DNA of 64,000 bases from a virus, in IMG/VR virus record IMGVR_UViG_3300021425_000006. One strand, 5' to 3'. Within the stretch, counting starts at the first letter, position 1. The number at the start of each line of letters is the position of its first letter. The notes under the pieces are model-generated. The model had not been told where the DNA came from and made no database searches. It saw only the letters and a program-made list of their open reading frames with translations. The translations under genes and the position numbers were made by a program. Below, piece by piece: positions 8,750 to 18,906 of this stretch.

Positions 8750-9346
8750 ATGGCCCAGTCACTAAAGCATATCGGAAGACACGTAGGCTCTAAGAAAAAG
8801 GTTGCTGTAGCATTTAGAGTGCTACCAGGTGAACCTGATAATTGCTTAGTAGTTCCTACTGAGTCATTGGATGCGGCAGAACACGATTCATTAATGACAT
8901 TGATTGAATCAAATGCAGCACAAAATGCTGACGAACTAGCGGATGCAATGAATAGAGTTACATTGCCCGACGGCATGAACATGCTAAAAGGTTTTCACAA
9001 GTATGGTAAACTATACAAAATGAAAACTGAAGAAATTGAAATGACTCCAGATAATAAAAGTTCAGTCATGCTAAATGAACTTAATAAACTGATTGCAGAT
9101 CAAAAAGGAATTACAGTTGAAGATCTTGCTGTTACAGGTGGAAGTGGACAAGCAGTTTCTGCTACAACAGATACAGTTGCTCCTACAACAGTAACAGATG
9201 AGACAGTGTTAGACGATGCTACACTAGCTGCTCAGTACCGTTCACAAGCAGACACTTTGTATAAAGAGGCAAAGAGACTGAGAGAACAGGCAGAGGAGTT
9301 GGTCCCTACGAAAAGGAAGACCAAAGCCAGTGCCAAAGCAACCTAA
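8750..9346 (+). CDS. Hypothetical protein
   Basis: AGGAG before ATG 8750 (MAQSLKH...), preferred over track start 8660. Confidence 0.75.
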   Translation: MAQSLKHIGRHVGSKKKVAVAFRVLPGEPDNCLVVPTESLDAAEHDSLMTLIESNAAQNADELADAMNRVTLPDGMNMLKGFHKYGKLYKMKTEEIEMTPDNKSSVMLNELNKLIADQKGITVEDLAVTGGSGQAVSATTDTVAPTTVTDETVLDDATLAAQYRSQADTLYKEAKRLREQAEELVPTKRKTKASAKAT

Positions 9347-9650
9347 AAAGAAGAAGTTACCTCCCGAAGTAATAGGTCATTGGCCAGAAGTTTTTGACGA
9401 AATTGATATGAATGTAGTACCTTTAGAGTATCTACATTCTATCAGAGTTACGTTTAAAGACGGCAAGGTATGGGATATTGATCTTAATAGTCCTAAAAAT
9501 AAAGAGATTACTAGCGTTCAAGACAGTTTAGATGAGCTATTTAACGAGTATGAAGATGCTATCCAAACTGTAGACTTTAGACTGGATACTGAACGTGTTA
9601 AGAAAGATATCACCAAAAGAACTCGCCGATTTCTTAAACTTGGAAAGTAA
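9330..9650 (+). CDS. Hypothetical protein
   Basis: GTG start overlapping upstream gene, 106 aa. Confidence 0.65.
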   Translation: MPKQPKKKKLPPEVIGHWPEVFDEIDMNVVPLEYLHSIRVTFKDGKVWDIDLNSPKNKEITSVQDSLDELFNEYEDAIQTVDFRLDTERVKKDITKRTRRFLKLGK

Positions 9651-9668
9651 TTGTTTCTGTGTAAAAGG

Positions 9669-9676
9669 CATAAATA
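9669..9676 (+). promoter_or_regulatory. T4-like late promoter
   Basis: CATAAATA upstream of structural gene. Confidence 0.65.
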
Positions 9677-9709
9677 CTAGTAGAAACTATTATTACTAGG
9701 AGTTAACGA

Positions 9710-11302
9710 ATGGCTTTACAGATCAGACGAGGTATTGAGTCAGAACGCACAGGTGTTGTATTTGCCGAGGGCGAACTGGTCTACATTACGGATACCGACA
9801 AATTATATATTGGGGACAATACTACAGCAGGCGGTATTGAAATTGGACCAAAGACTTTATCCGAACTAGGAGCTGCTTCATTAGGCGGTGACTTAACACT
9901 AGGCGGAAACAATATTATAGGAACTGGTAATATTAATATTACTGGTGACATCCAAGCAACAGGAAGCATTACAGCAGGCGGCAATATTGACATTGGCGAT
10001 GCTGCAGGCGACACACTTACAATCACAGCACAAGTTGATAGCGGCATTACTCCTAACGCTGATTCAACTTATGACTTAGGTTCAACTTCATTAAAATGGA
10101 ATACTGTACACGCCGCTAAACTAGACGGTGATGTATCCGGTAGTGTGTTTGCAGATGACTCAACACTATTAGTAGATGCTGTTAATAATATTATACCTAG
10201 TGCAGTTGTTTCAGGTACAGAAGCAACTAACTGGAACACAGCATATGGTTGGGGCGACCATTCAACACAAAACTATATTGTCGACGGGACCGCTGATGCT
10301 ATTACAGCAACTATGGTAGCTGAAGACGTTATTACATCACGAGAACTTGCTGATGGAAATAGTTACAACGGTACATTTGACGGTGATATTACAGGCTCTG
10401 TATTTGCAGATAATTCAACATTATTAGTAGACGGTGTAAACGGTACAATACCAGCAACGGTAATAAGTGGTACACTTTCTAACGATACATCAGGTACAGC
10501 GGCTATAGCAACTGCAGTTGATGTAAATGACGAAAGTGCAGATGCAACTTGTTTTCCAATGTTTGGAACTGGCGCAACTGGTACTTTAACTATAAAAACA
10601 GATCAAAGTGCATACACATATAATGCTTCTACTGGTACACTATACGCAACAGCATTTGTTGGAAATATTACAGGTGATGTAACAGGTAACGTTGCAGGTG
10701 ATGTAACAGGTAACGTGTTTACTAATTTAATTGACAGTGCTGACTCGTCAGCTATTGTTATAACTCCTTCTTTGCAAACATTATCAGATGTACAAGTAGA
10801 TCAAGATTTAAGAGTTGGTAGTGGAAATACTGAAGGTCCTAATGGAACAGATGTAAGACTTGTTCCAGGACAAGGTTCAGGACTTGGTAGAGTCTTAACA
10901 GACACTATTGAAGTAAAAACTATTGAAATTGCAGACGGCGATGGTGGTGAAATATTTGTAAAAGGTAACTTAGACATATCAGGTTCGTTAACTACAAATG
11001 GTGGACATTTAGGGTTTGGTAGTAATGACTTACTAACCTTTGGTGGAACATCTGCAAGTTTAAGAGTTGCTGAGTTTACTGGTGATTTTGATACACCAGG
11101 AGACTTTGAAAATAGTGCAAACTTTAATAACTATATGACTGTTAATAGTACAGTTGCAGACTTTGGTACTGCTGTTCAGTTTGCTAGTATGACGACTACA
11201 CAACGTGATGCACTAACAGCGGCAGCTGGTATGGTAGTGTTTAACACTACAGATACAAAATTACAAGTATACACAGGCTCTGCTTGGGCAGACTTACATT
11301 AA
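9710..11302 (+). CDS. Virion fibre / appendage protein
   Basis: N-terminal MALQIRRG...GELVYITDTDKLYIGD fibre attachment motif; G/T/D-rich repeats, duplicated GSVFADxSTLLVD. Confidence 0.7.
   Translation: MALQIRRGIESERTGVVFAEGELVYITDTDKLYIGDNTTAGGIEIGPKTLSELGAASLGGDLTLGGNNIIGTGNINITGDIQATGSITAGGNIDIGDAAGDTLTITAQVDSGITPNADSTYDLGSTSLKWNTVHAAKLDGDVSGSVFADDSTLLVDAVNNIIPSAVVSGTEATNWNTAYGWGDHSTQNYIVDGTADAITATMVAEDVITSRELADGNSYNGTFDGDITGSVFADNSTLLVDGVNGTIPATVISGTLSNDTSGTAAIATAVDVNDESADATCFPMFGTGATGTLTIKTDQSAYTYNASTGTLYATAFVGNITGDVTGNVAGDVTGNVFTNLIDSADSSAIVITPSLQTLSDVQVDQDLRVGSGNTEGPNGTDVRLVPGQGSGLGRVLTDTIEVKTIEIADGDGGEIFVKGNLDISGSLTTNGGHLGFGSNDLLTFGGTSASLRVAEFTGDFDTPGDFENSANFNNYMTVNSTVADFGTAVQFASMTTTQRDALTAAAGMVVFNTTDTKLQVYTGSAWADLH
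10670..10717 (+). repeat. 24-nt tandem duplication in fibre gene
   Basis: CAGGTGATGTAACAGGTAACGT twice (GDVTGNV x2). Confidence 0.7.
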
Positions 11303-11320
11303 TAATTAAAATGTATTCAT

Positions 11321-11351
11321 AAAAAAAGCACCATTAAGGTGCTTTTTTTTT
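11321..11351. terminator. Bidirectional intrinsic terminator
   Basis: A7-GCACC-ATTAA-GGTGC-T9 between convergent genes. Confidence 0.9.
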
Positions 11352-11371
11352 GGCTTTAATTTGTTAGTGTA

Positions 11372-13963
11372 TTACAATTTTAGTATACATTCAACTAGTT
11401 TAGTACCTTCTTCTTCGCTTGATTCTAACGCTACGCCTACTATTTGTTGTCCGTTAAACTGTGTACTAGCAATTCCGTTATCATGCACGTAAACCGCTTG
11501 TCCTTTGCTTACAGAGCCCGTTACAAGCACTGGAACTCGTCCTTTAAGTGCTAGTGGTTGTCCGTCTGCTTCTGCATTCATTAAGAACGCTGGTTTTGCA
11601 GATATAACACCTACTGGTATTGCTCCAAATACAGCTCTTTCTGCTTCGAAACTTGACTGGGCGCCAATTGCCATTACTGTACCTGTTGGATGTTTTTCGT
11701 TAGTTGTATATTTCTCTGCTAAGTCAGCATAGTTTGCAGTTACAGCATTACCTGATAGGTCGCCTACAAAAGTACCTACGGATAATTCAATTCCGTTTGC
11801 TGTAAATTCAGCATGAGTTGCACCTGATCTTGTTACAGTAATATCGCCGCCTGCACCAGTTATTGCTACACTACTAGTACCATTAGATATTGAAGTTGTA
11901 CTTACACCTCCTACACCTGTTGAAATAGCACTATCAATTTCTGCTTGTGTATATGTTTCTGCTTTAGAATAAACATCTAAATTAGTTCTTGCTTCTGCGG
12001 CTGTAGTACCAGCAGTACCACCTTCGGTTATTGCTAGTGTACCTGTTGCTCCTGCTAAGTTAAGTGAAGCAGAAGTAAGTGTTCCTACAGTTAAGTTATC
12101 AAAGTAACCGTCATTTGCTGTTCCTGATTCATTAACTTGTCCTATAAATTTACTTGCTGTTACAACATTAGCTGCAAAGTCACCTGAAGCATCTCTAGCA
12201 ACTACATAGTTTGCTGTATTTGCAGAAGCTGCATTTAAGCCTAACTTAATAGAAGCATTTTCTGCTGAGGAAGGATAACTTGAAGGATTAACACTATTAT
12301 TAACTGTTACATTTAAATATGTTTCACCAGTATCACGTATAACACGCTCAACAAAATTACCTGTTGTGTCAGTACCTAATGTTACTGAATCTCCTGATGT
12401 TGTTAGTGCAATATCTAATGATCCTTCATCACCATTAAATGTTACTGAACCTGTTGCATCGCCTGTAAAGTTAAGTGTTAAATCATTCTGCCATTTAGTA
12501 GCATTGTCTGATGTTCCGTCTAATGCTCCGTAGAATGTTGAAGCATTAATTGCACCAGTTGCGTCTCTAACTACTACTGTATCTGGTGTTGGTATAACTG
12601 CCGCTGATCTGTTTTCGCTACCTTCTTGTAACGTAGCTGCTCTAGTAGCAACACCATTAAATTGATTTGCTGTTAAGTTACCACTGGCGTCTCTAACCGC
12701 TACAGAGCTTGCTGTAGCACTTGCAGAGCCTGTTGCGTAACTAGACCCATCAACAGCAATATTTGTTGCGTTAACCGCTAAATCTGCGTTTGTAGCGGTA
12801 CCTTGGAAATAGTTTGCATATAAGTCGCCTGAGCCATCTCTTGTTGCTATTGTGTTCGCTGTAGCCGCTGTTGATGCACTTCTATAGTTTACACCTACTT
12901 TTAATAAGTCTGCTTTTTCACTAGTACCCGTAAAGTTTACAGCATGTACAGTACTCCATCTATTTCCTGAAGTACCTAAACTATAAACTCCGTCACCGTC
13001 AGGTCTAATACTTGCTGGTGTGCTGTTTGGATCAATAATAAGTGGAGTATGCTTAGTTCCTGTTCCATCATGTGCAGCTATTTTAATTAAGCCGCCATGT
13101 AGGTTGTGTGTAACTTGTGCATTACCGCCTGATGTGTTTAATACAAATTCTGTTGAACTACCAATACGTAGCCCGTCTGCATCTGCAATATCAACTCTAT
13201 CAGTAAATACGGCTGTTGCACGTTGTACAAATTCTGCAGCATCAGTGCCACCTAATCTATCTGAGTTAGATGCTGTACCGTGGAATCTTTCTACACCATT
13301 TTGAACACCTGTTGAATCGTCTGAATCAACTAACGTAATCCCTTGATGTATATAATTAAATCCTTGAATAGAACTTCCAGTATCAAGTGTAAATGCATCT
13401 TTCGATGCAACAAACATTACTTTGTTATCAACAACACCCTTTAATACATAGTGTTCATGTGGTTCTTTTAATTCTGCTGTTGTGTCGCTTGGGGATAATA
13501 AGTTATCATAAACTAGTGTTTCTACCCATTCTGTTTGGTTAGCACTTGCTTGCTTAGGACCAACTAGTACAAACGCAGAGCCGTTATAAACGTGTAACTG
13601 TTGTTGTACATCATCAAACCATAGGTCGCCTTTATTTACATTAGACGCTGATGGAGTTCCTGGCAATGCTCCAATTCTTAAATTTGCTAAAGGGTTGAAA
13701 AACTTATTTGCGTTACCGTCATATACTTTTAATCTGCCTTGACCATCGTCGTCTGTATCAAACCAAAGTTGACCTGCAATTGGTCTTGGAGGTTGATTTG
13801 CCGAAGCAAAGTTTTCTAACAATGATACAAAGTTTTCGTTTTGTATTTCACCGTACCCTGAATAGTTTTTACCAACTAGTTTTAAGTCAGTTGTATTATC
13901 AATGGTACCGTCTTCTATTATTGTTAGAATGGTATTATTTGTTTTTTCAATAGTATATGCCAT
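11372..13963 (-). CDS. Tail fibre protein with C-terminal chaperone-like domain
   Basis: Shared N-terminal GKNYxGYGE..NENF..LLENF domain; ATRDGSGDL-type repeats; ADLAEKY...ALKGRVPV tail. Confidence 0.75.
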   Translation of the reverse strand: MAYTIEKTNNTILTIIEDGTIDNTTDLKLVGKNYSGYGEIQNENFVSLLENFASANQPPRPIAGQLWFDTDDDGQGRLKVYDGNANKFFNPLANLRIGALPGTPSASNVNKGDLWFDDVQQQLHVYNGSAFVLVGPKQASANQTEWVETLVYDNLLSPSDTTAELKEPHEHYVLKGVVDNKVMFVASKDAFTLDTGSSIQGFNYIHQGITLVDSDDSTGVQNGVERFHGTASNSDRLGGTDAAEFVQRATAVFTDRVDIADADGLRIGSSTEFVLNTSGGNAQVTHNLHGGLIKIAAHDGTGTKHTPLIIDPNSTPASIRPDGDGVYSLGTSGNRWSTVHAVNFTGTSEKADLLKVGVNYRSASTAATANTIATRDGSGDLYANYFQGTATNADLAVNATNIAVDGSSYATGSASATASSVAVRDASGNLTANQFNGVATRAATLQEGSENRSAAVIPTPDTVVVRDATGAINASTFYGALDGTSDNATKWQNDLTLNFTGDATGSVTFNGDEGSLDIALTTSGDSVTLGTDTTGNFVERVIRDTGETYLNVTVNNSVNPSSYPSSAENASIKLGLNAASANTANYVVARDASGDFAANVVTASKFIGQVNESGTANDGYFDNLTVGTLTSASLNLAGATGTLAITEGGTAGTTAAEARTNLDVYSKAETYTQAEIDSAISTGVGGVSTTSISNGTSSVAITGAGGDITVTRSGATHAEFTANGIELSVGTFVGDLSGNAVTANYADLAEKYTTNEKHPTGTVMAIGAQSSFEAERAVFGAIPVGVISAKPAFLMNAEADGQPLALKGRVPVLVTGSVSKGQAVYVHDNGIASTQFNGQQIVGVALESSEEEGTKLVECILKL

Positions 13964-14004
13964 TATTTTTCATTCCCTATGTGCGGTATATGTATTTATC
14001 AGTA

Positions 14005-16254
14005 TTAAGACCAATTAGTCTCTGACTGTTTGGTCCATACTTTACCACTACCAGGATCAGTAACTTTCCAAACTTGTTTCTTACGTGTAACTGACAATGA
14101 TACTGTACCTGTCGCACTGTTAAAGTTAATATCTTCTAATAAGGCTTGCGGATTTTGCCCTCCATCTGCCCCACCAATACCAGTAAAGTCTACTGATATA
14201 GTTTCTTTTGTTGCAGAACCTGCAACATCAATACCTGAAACTGCACCGCCATACTGTGTAGTAATAACGTTTGCTACAGCATTAAGTGTTTTTGCTGTTG
14301 GATCTTGATAGAATGTAAGCATTGCTTGTACTTCTTCATCAACACTTGAATAATTTGTCGTTGGTAACCCAGTAACATCAATTTGTAACATGACTGGTGA
14401 AAATGCTACTTCAGTATCTACATATCCTTTAGTTACTACATGATCGTCTGTATCTTCAGTATCACTAGGATTATCTACAACGTGTCTAGCACTTAGCGGA
14501 GTAGTAACATTTTTAATTTTTGTGTCATTAAAGTCAACTGATGATTGACTTACTATTTTTAGTCCTGCATTATACGTAGTTATTGTAGGTGTTGCAGGAT
14601 TTGTTCCTTCATCATAAGTAATTGTTAATCCTGGTCCAGGTAATGCACTACTTTGTCTTACTCTTACAGTATCTAAAATACCAACATTTGCTAATCCTGA
14701 TGCTGTTGTAATTTCTGCAGCAAGTGCGCCTGACGATATTACATCATGACCATTAATTTTATATGTTTCGCCTGCAGGAATATTAACACTATCATTTAAA
14801 TCAAAATATGGACCATTAGTTAAGTCATTAGTCCATTTAATAGTTTTGTCGTTAGCATTAGTACTGCTTGGAGCACCTTTAATAGTAATACCTGCACCAG
14901 TTGCAGTTGCGTCTGAACGCTGTATTATATTAGTTGCTGTAATGTTTACACTACCACTTGTTTGTAAATCACCTTTGCCAACTACTGTTATTTCATCACT
15001 ACTAACAAGAAAACTATTGTTTGTTGGTTCAATAACTAATTTGTATACGTTGTTAACAGTATCAACTTGATATTCTTTAAATGTACCTGTTGCTAATACA
15101 GTATCACCTGTATGGCTTTGTGTTATTTGGTCGCCTACAGCAAGTGTGTCAGCAAATGAGCTATCAATTTGTCCTGATAAAGTTATAATTGTATCTGCAT
15201 GTCCAAGTTCAATATTATAATCATCAACCGTTAATGTTGCTGTTTCTAAAGTAGTATTACTACCTTCAATAGTAATATCGCCTCTAACTCTCATATCACC
15301 AAATACATCTAACGTTGCTGTTGGTTCGTCAACCGTTACATTAATACCCATATAGCGATTAACAGCATCAACACGTATTGGATCAAACTGTCCAGATATG
15401 TTTGAAGCAACTAATCTAAATCCTTGGTTAACAAGGTTACTTGATAAGTTAAGGAACTCACCTGATATTGCCAATCCTGCTTGACCAGTATCACCAATAG
15501 TTAGTCCGCCTTTAGTTTGAATATTTAAAATACCAGTAGTTGTACCTTCTGCATCTGACGGTAAAAACTGTGATGCTGTTTTTCTTCTTAGTAATCCTGT
15601 ATTAGGATCAGTTTCTGAAGTAATCAAACTGGTTGCTGAGTCAGAAACACCATAAATTCTAAAGTTATCTTTATCAACAATATTAATACCTTTTAACACA
15701 TCGCCAGTTAATCCTGGCAATAAGTCAACATCATCTGCTCTTGGTGTAAATGTATCGTTACTAATATAAGCAAACACAGCATTACCAACTGACCATTTAA
15801 TAACTGTATATCCTAAACTTCTTGTATCAACAATTCTTAAAGTTTCAAATCCACTTTTACCTTGTGCTGATGTATATGGAGGACCTACAAGTACTATATC
15901 ACTTCCGTCAAAGAAGTATAACTGGTTGTCATCGTTGTTTATCCAAAGGTCGCCTGCAACCATTTGCGGTTGTGAAGCACTAATAATTGGACCGTTTGCT
16001 TTAAATGTTGTACCGTCATATACTTTTAATCTATTTTCGCTAGTATCAAACCATAGTTGTCCTGTAATAGGTGTACCTGGAGTTGCTGTACCGCTAAAGT
16101 TTTCTAAAAGTTTAATAAAGTTTTCATTTATAACTTCACCAAACCCTACATAGTTTCTTCCTATTAGTGTAATGTCCGATGATGTAGTGTCAATCTGTCC
16201 GTCAACTAGTTCTACTAGCAATGAACCATCTGTTTTGTTTAGTTTATAACTCAT
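14005..16254 (-). CDS. Tail fibre / baseplate-attached protein, paralogue
   Basis: Same N-terminal domain (GRNYVGFGEVINENFIKLLENF, GQLWFD). Confidence 0.7.
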   Translation of the reverse strand: MSYKLNKTDGSLLVELVDGQIDTTSSDITLIGRNYVGFGEVINENFIKLLENFSGTATPGTPITGQLWFDTSENRLKVYDGTTFKANGPIISASQPQMVAGDLWINNDDNQLYFFDGSDIVLVGPPYTSAQGKSGFETLRIVDTRSLGYTVIKWSVGNAVFAYISNDTFTPRADDVDLLPGLTGDVLKGINIVDKDNFRIYGVSDSATSLITSETDPNTGLLRRKTASQFLPSDAEGTTTGILNIQTKGGLTIGDTGQAGLAISGEFLNLSSNLVNQGFRLVASNISGQFDPIRVDAVNRYMGINVTVDEPTATLDVFGDMRVRGDITIEGSNTTLETATLTVDDYNIELGHADTIITLSGQIDSSFADTLAVGDQITQSHTGDTVLATGTFKEYQVDTVNNVYKLVIEPTNNSFLVSSDEITVVGKGDLQTSGSVNITATNIIQRSDATATGAGITIKGAPSSTNANDKTIKWTNDLTNGPYFDLNDSVNIPAGETYKINGHDVISSGALAAEITTASGLANVGILDTVRVRQSSALPGPGLTITYDEGTNPATPTITTYNAGLKIVSQSSVDFNDTKIKNVTTPLSARHVVDNPSDTEDTDDHVVTKGYVDTEVAFSPVMLQIDVTGLPTTNYSSVDEEVQAMLTFYQDPTAKTLNAVANVITTQYGGAVSGIDVAGSATKETISVDFTGIGGADGGQNPQALLEDINFNSATGTVSLSVTRKKQVWKVTDPGSGKVWTKQSETNWS

Positions 16255-18269
16255 TAGCCCCCAACTCCTGTGTATATGATATAATTAACTGTTAAGTATG
16301 GATTCATTAAGTTTACAGCATCGCCGTTTCCGCCAATTTCCATGCCGCCCGTTCTTGGATATTTTAATCCGTTTGCTGTACCTACCAAGTCTGTATCAAT
16401 AATTGCATCGCTATCGCCTGAAACAGTTGAGTCTGGATTAATGACATAGTACTGTTGTGGTGTTGCTCCATCATCTTTAAGTTCGTGTTTGTGATCTGGT
16501 AAGTTGTCAACTGTAATAGTTGCTGTTTCAGCACCACTTTTAGCACCTAATGTATCTGCTGACGGAACAATGTTTGCCGCTGTGCCGCCCATGTTGTCTG
16601 CACCTAGTGGCATTCTACCTCTTAAGTCAGGTAGTGTAAAGTATCCTGTTGGAGCAGAGTTATCATATGTATTGCCAATAACTTGTGCAAGTTTTTCATA
16701 CGCTGATGCTAACTCATTTTGTCCATGACATAGTAGCCATCCATCTGGTGCTGTACTTCCTGCATAAGGAACAATAGTACCTACCGGTGTTAATCCTGTT
16801 ATTTGATCAAATATAGTTGAGCGTCTTACTTTGTAAATACCAATTTCGCCGCTAACTCTGTTAACTAAGAATTCATCATCTGTTTGTGAATTCTCTTTTA
16901 TAGTTTTTTGAGATATAAATTCGTTTGTAACTTGTGTTTGGAAAGTAACTGTACCTTGTTGTCCGTCAAAGTCAATATCAAGTAGACTTTCAACATCACC
17001 TGTCATTCTAAATACACTTGGTGATGACAGTTTATCTGCACTACCTGCTCTACCACTTACACTACCTTGTACGTTACCGTTCAACGATCCTATAAACTCA
17101 GTAGCATACATTGCTTTCCATTTGTCTGTTGTACTACCAATTGATCTTAAATTACTATCTTGTGGTAATATATCATTAAATGTTGAACTTCCAAGTACAC
17201 TAATACCTGATCCAACTGTTAGATTTTTTGCTACAGCTGCGCCACCCGCAACTATTAATGAACCTGTGCTAACTGATGTACTATCTGTTAAACCGTTTAC
17301 AAGTAAATTAGAATCTGTTTGGATGTCTCCGCCTACATCTAATGATTTTTCAGGATTTAAATTATTAACACCGATATTAGTATTACTATTAATTCTTAAT
17401 GGAGTTGCTGTTACACCAGCATTATTAGTTTTAAAGTCAATACTTGAGCCACTAATATCGTGGCTAATAACACCTGCTTGTCCAGTAATTCTTAATCTTA
17501 ATGAGTTACTAAGACCAACACTTATTCCTCCGTCATTTTTAATATTAAGTTCTTGCTCTGCAATATTAATTGCACTTTTTCTCATAAAGTCTGTTGCAGG
17601 AACTGACGCACCACTAATAACTAAGTTTTCTGCTTTTTCTGCTGTACCAATATACCTAGGAATACCATCGCCTGTAATATCTGCTGTAGATAAATTGTAT
17701 CCTGGTTTGATAATATCAAAGCCTTCAATGTCTGTTTTAGGAATAAATGTATCTTTTGCTAGAATAGCAATAACTTTACCGCCTATTTCAACTTGTAAAA
17801 TGTCAAATACCGCATCAGTAGTTGAAGTAACTTTTACAGGTTTAGTACCTGTTGCTAATCCTTCAGCAAACTCAGGACCTACTAATAACCAGTTTGAACC
17901 TGCAAACAAATATAACTGTTGGTTGTCTGTATCAACCCAAAGGTCGCCAACAACTGAATTGGCTGCTTCTGGTGCTAAATTTGCTTTCTTAAGTCCGCCT
18001 GCTGCAACCCATGTAGTACCATCATAAAGTTTAAGTTGGTCAACACCTGGTGTAGTGTCGTACCATAATTGTCCTTCAGTAGGATTAGTAGGTGATACAG
18101 TGTGTGCAAAGTTTTCTAATAAGTGTAAAAAGTTTTCCGATATTGCTTGTCCGTATGCTGTTATATTTCTTCCTGGTAAACTTAAACTGGTTTCTGTATT
18201 AAGTGTACTGTCCTCAATAACAATTACACCTTTGTTAACCTGATCTGAATATCTAATATTATATGCCAT
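16254..18269 (-). CDS. Short tail fibre-like protein with tail-collar domain
   Basis: Same N-terminal domain; PVGTIVPYAGSTAPDGWLLCHGQ...LPDLRGR collar motif; PYLTVNYII end. Confidence 0.8.
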   Translation of the reverse strand: MAYNIRYSDQVNKGVIVIEDSTLNTETSLSLPGRNITAYGQAISENFLHLLENFAHTVSPTNPTEGQLWYDTTPGVDQLKLYDGTTWVAAGGLKKANLAPEAANSVVGDLWVDTDNQQLYLFAGSNWLLVGPEFAEGLATGTKPVKVTSTTDAVFDILQVEIGGKVIAILAKDTFIPKTDIEGFDIIKPGYNLSTADITGDGIPRYIGTAEKAENLVISGASVPATDFMRKSAINIAEQELNIKNDGGISVGLSNSLRLRITGQAGVISHDISGSSIDFKTNNAGVTATPLRINSNTNIGVNNLNPEKSLDVGGDIQTDSNLLVNGLTDSTSVSTGSLIVAGGAAVAKNLTVGSGISVLGSSTFNDILPQDSNLRSIGSTTDKWKAMYATEFIGSLNGNVQGSVSGRAGSADKLSSPSVFRMTGDVESLLDIDFDGQQGTVTFQTQVTNEFISQKTIKENSQTDDEFLVNRVSGEIGIYKVRRSTIFDQITGLTPVGTIVPYAGSTAPDGWLLCHGQNELASAYEKLAQVIGNTYDNSAPTGYFTLPDLRGRMPLGADNMGGTAANIVPSADTLGAKSGAETATITVDNLPDHKHELKDDGATPQQYYVINPDSTVSGDSDAIIDTDLVGTANGLKYPRTGGMEIGGNGDAVNLMNPYLTVNYIIYTGVGG

Positions 18270-18271
18270 GT

Positions 18272-18886
18272 CTACGCCTCATTAAATCCGGTTAAACTTT
18301 GAACTCTTACAGTATAGTCAATTTGTATAAGTCTGTTTAAACTCTTTTGTACAGGGTGGAAAATAACATGTGTTAATAGTTTACCTGTGCCTGTGCCTGC
18401 CGCTGAACTTACTAGTCCTAATTCATCAAACACATATAAACTTTCAGTATCAGATGCTGTATCAAATGCATCTTGCCCACTTGGCTCACCGTAATCTAGT
18501 AAACAACTTACCAATATGTCAGTATAGTTTGTACCACTTACGTGCCTTGTTTCAATTTTGTTTCTTACAGGATCAGTATTGTTTGGATCAACAGCAACTA
18601 TTTTTTCAAATGTTTGATTGTATAAACTTGCGTTTGAACCAGTTGAGTTAGGAGTTAGATAGGTAATAATTCCTGTTGGATCTACTGATGTTCCGCCGTT
18701 ACCAAATGCCATTTTATATATTGGCCCTTGCCCTGCTGATGCTAAACTTTCAGCAAGTGCAATACTCATGTTCTCATAGTGGATAGCGTTCCTTTTATCA
18801 ATAAGAACTTCTCCAGATGCTGGGTCTGTAATTTTAATGTGTCCTTGTAAAAGTACACCATTCATGTCTTTAAATTTGTCTGTCAT
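18272..18886 (-). CDS. Virion structural protein (baseplate region)
   Basis: ATAAATA late promoter (18904-18910, minus), SD AGGTGG before ATG 18886. Confidence 0.7.
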   Translation of the reverse strand: MTDKFKDMNGVLLQGHIKITDPASGEVLIDKRNAIHYENMSIALAESLASAGQGPIYKMAFGNGGTSVDPTGIITYLTPNSTGSNASLYNQTFEKIVAVDPNNTDPVRNKIETRHVSGTNYTDILVSCLLDYGEPSGQDAFDTASDTESLYVFDELGLVSSAAGTGTGKLLTHVIFHPVQKSLNRLIQIDYTVRVQSLTGFNEA

Positions 18887-18906
18887 AATATCCACCTATA
18901 CTGTAT

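Noticed and set aside
17122-18027. 301-aa plus-strand ORF antisense to fibre gene
   Set aside because: Mirror of the sense codon bias; no RBS or motifs
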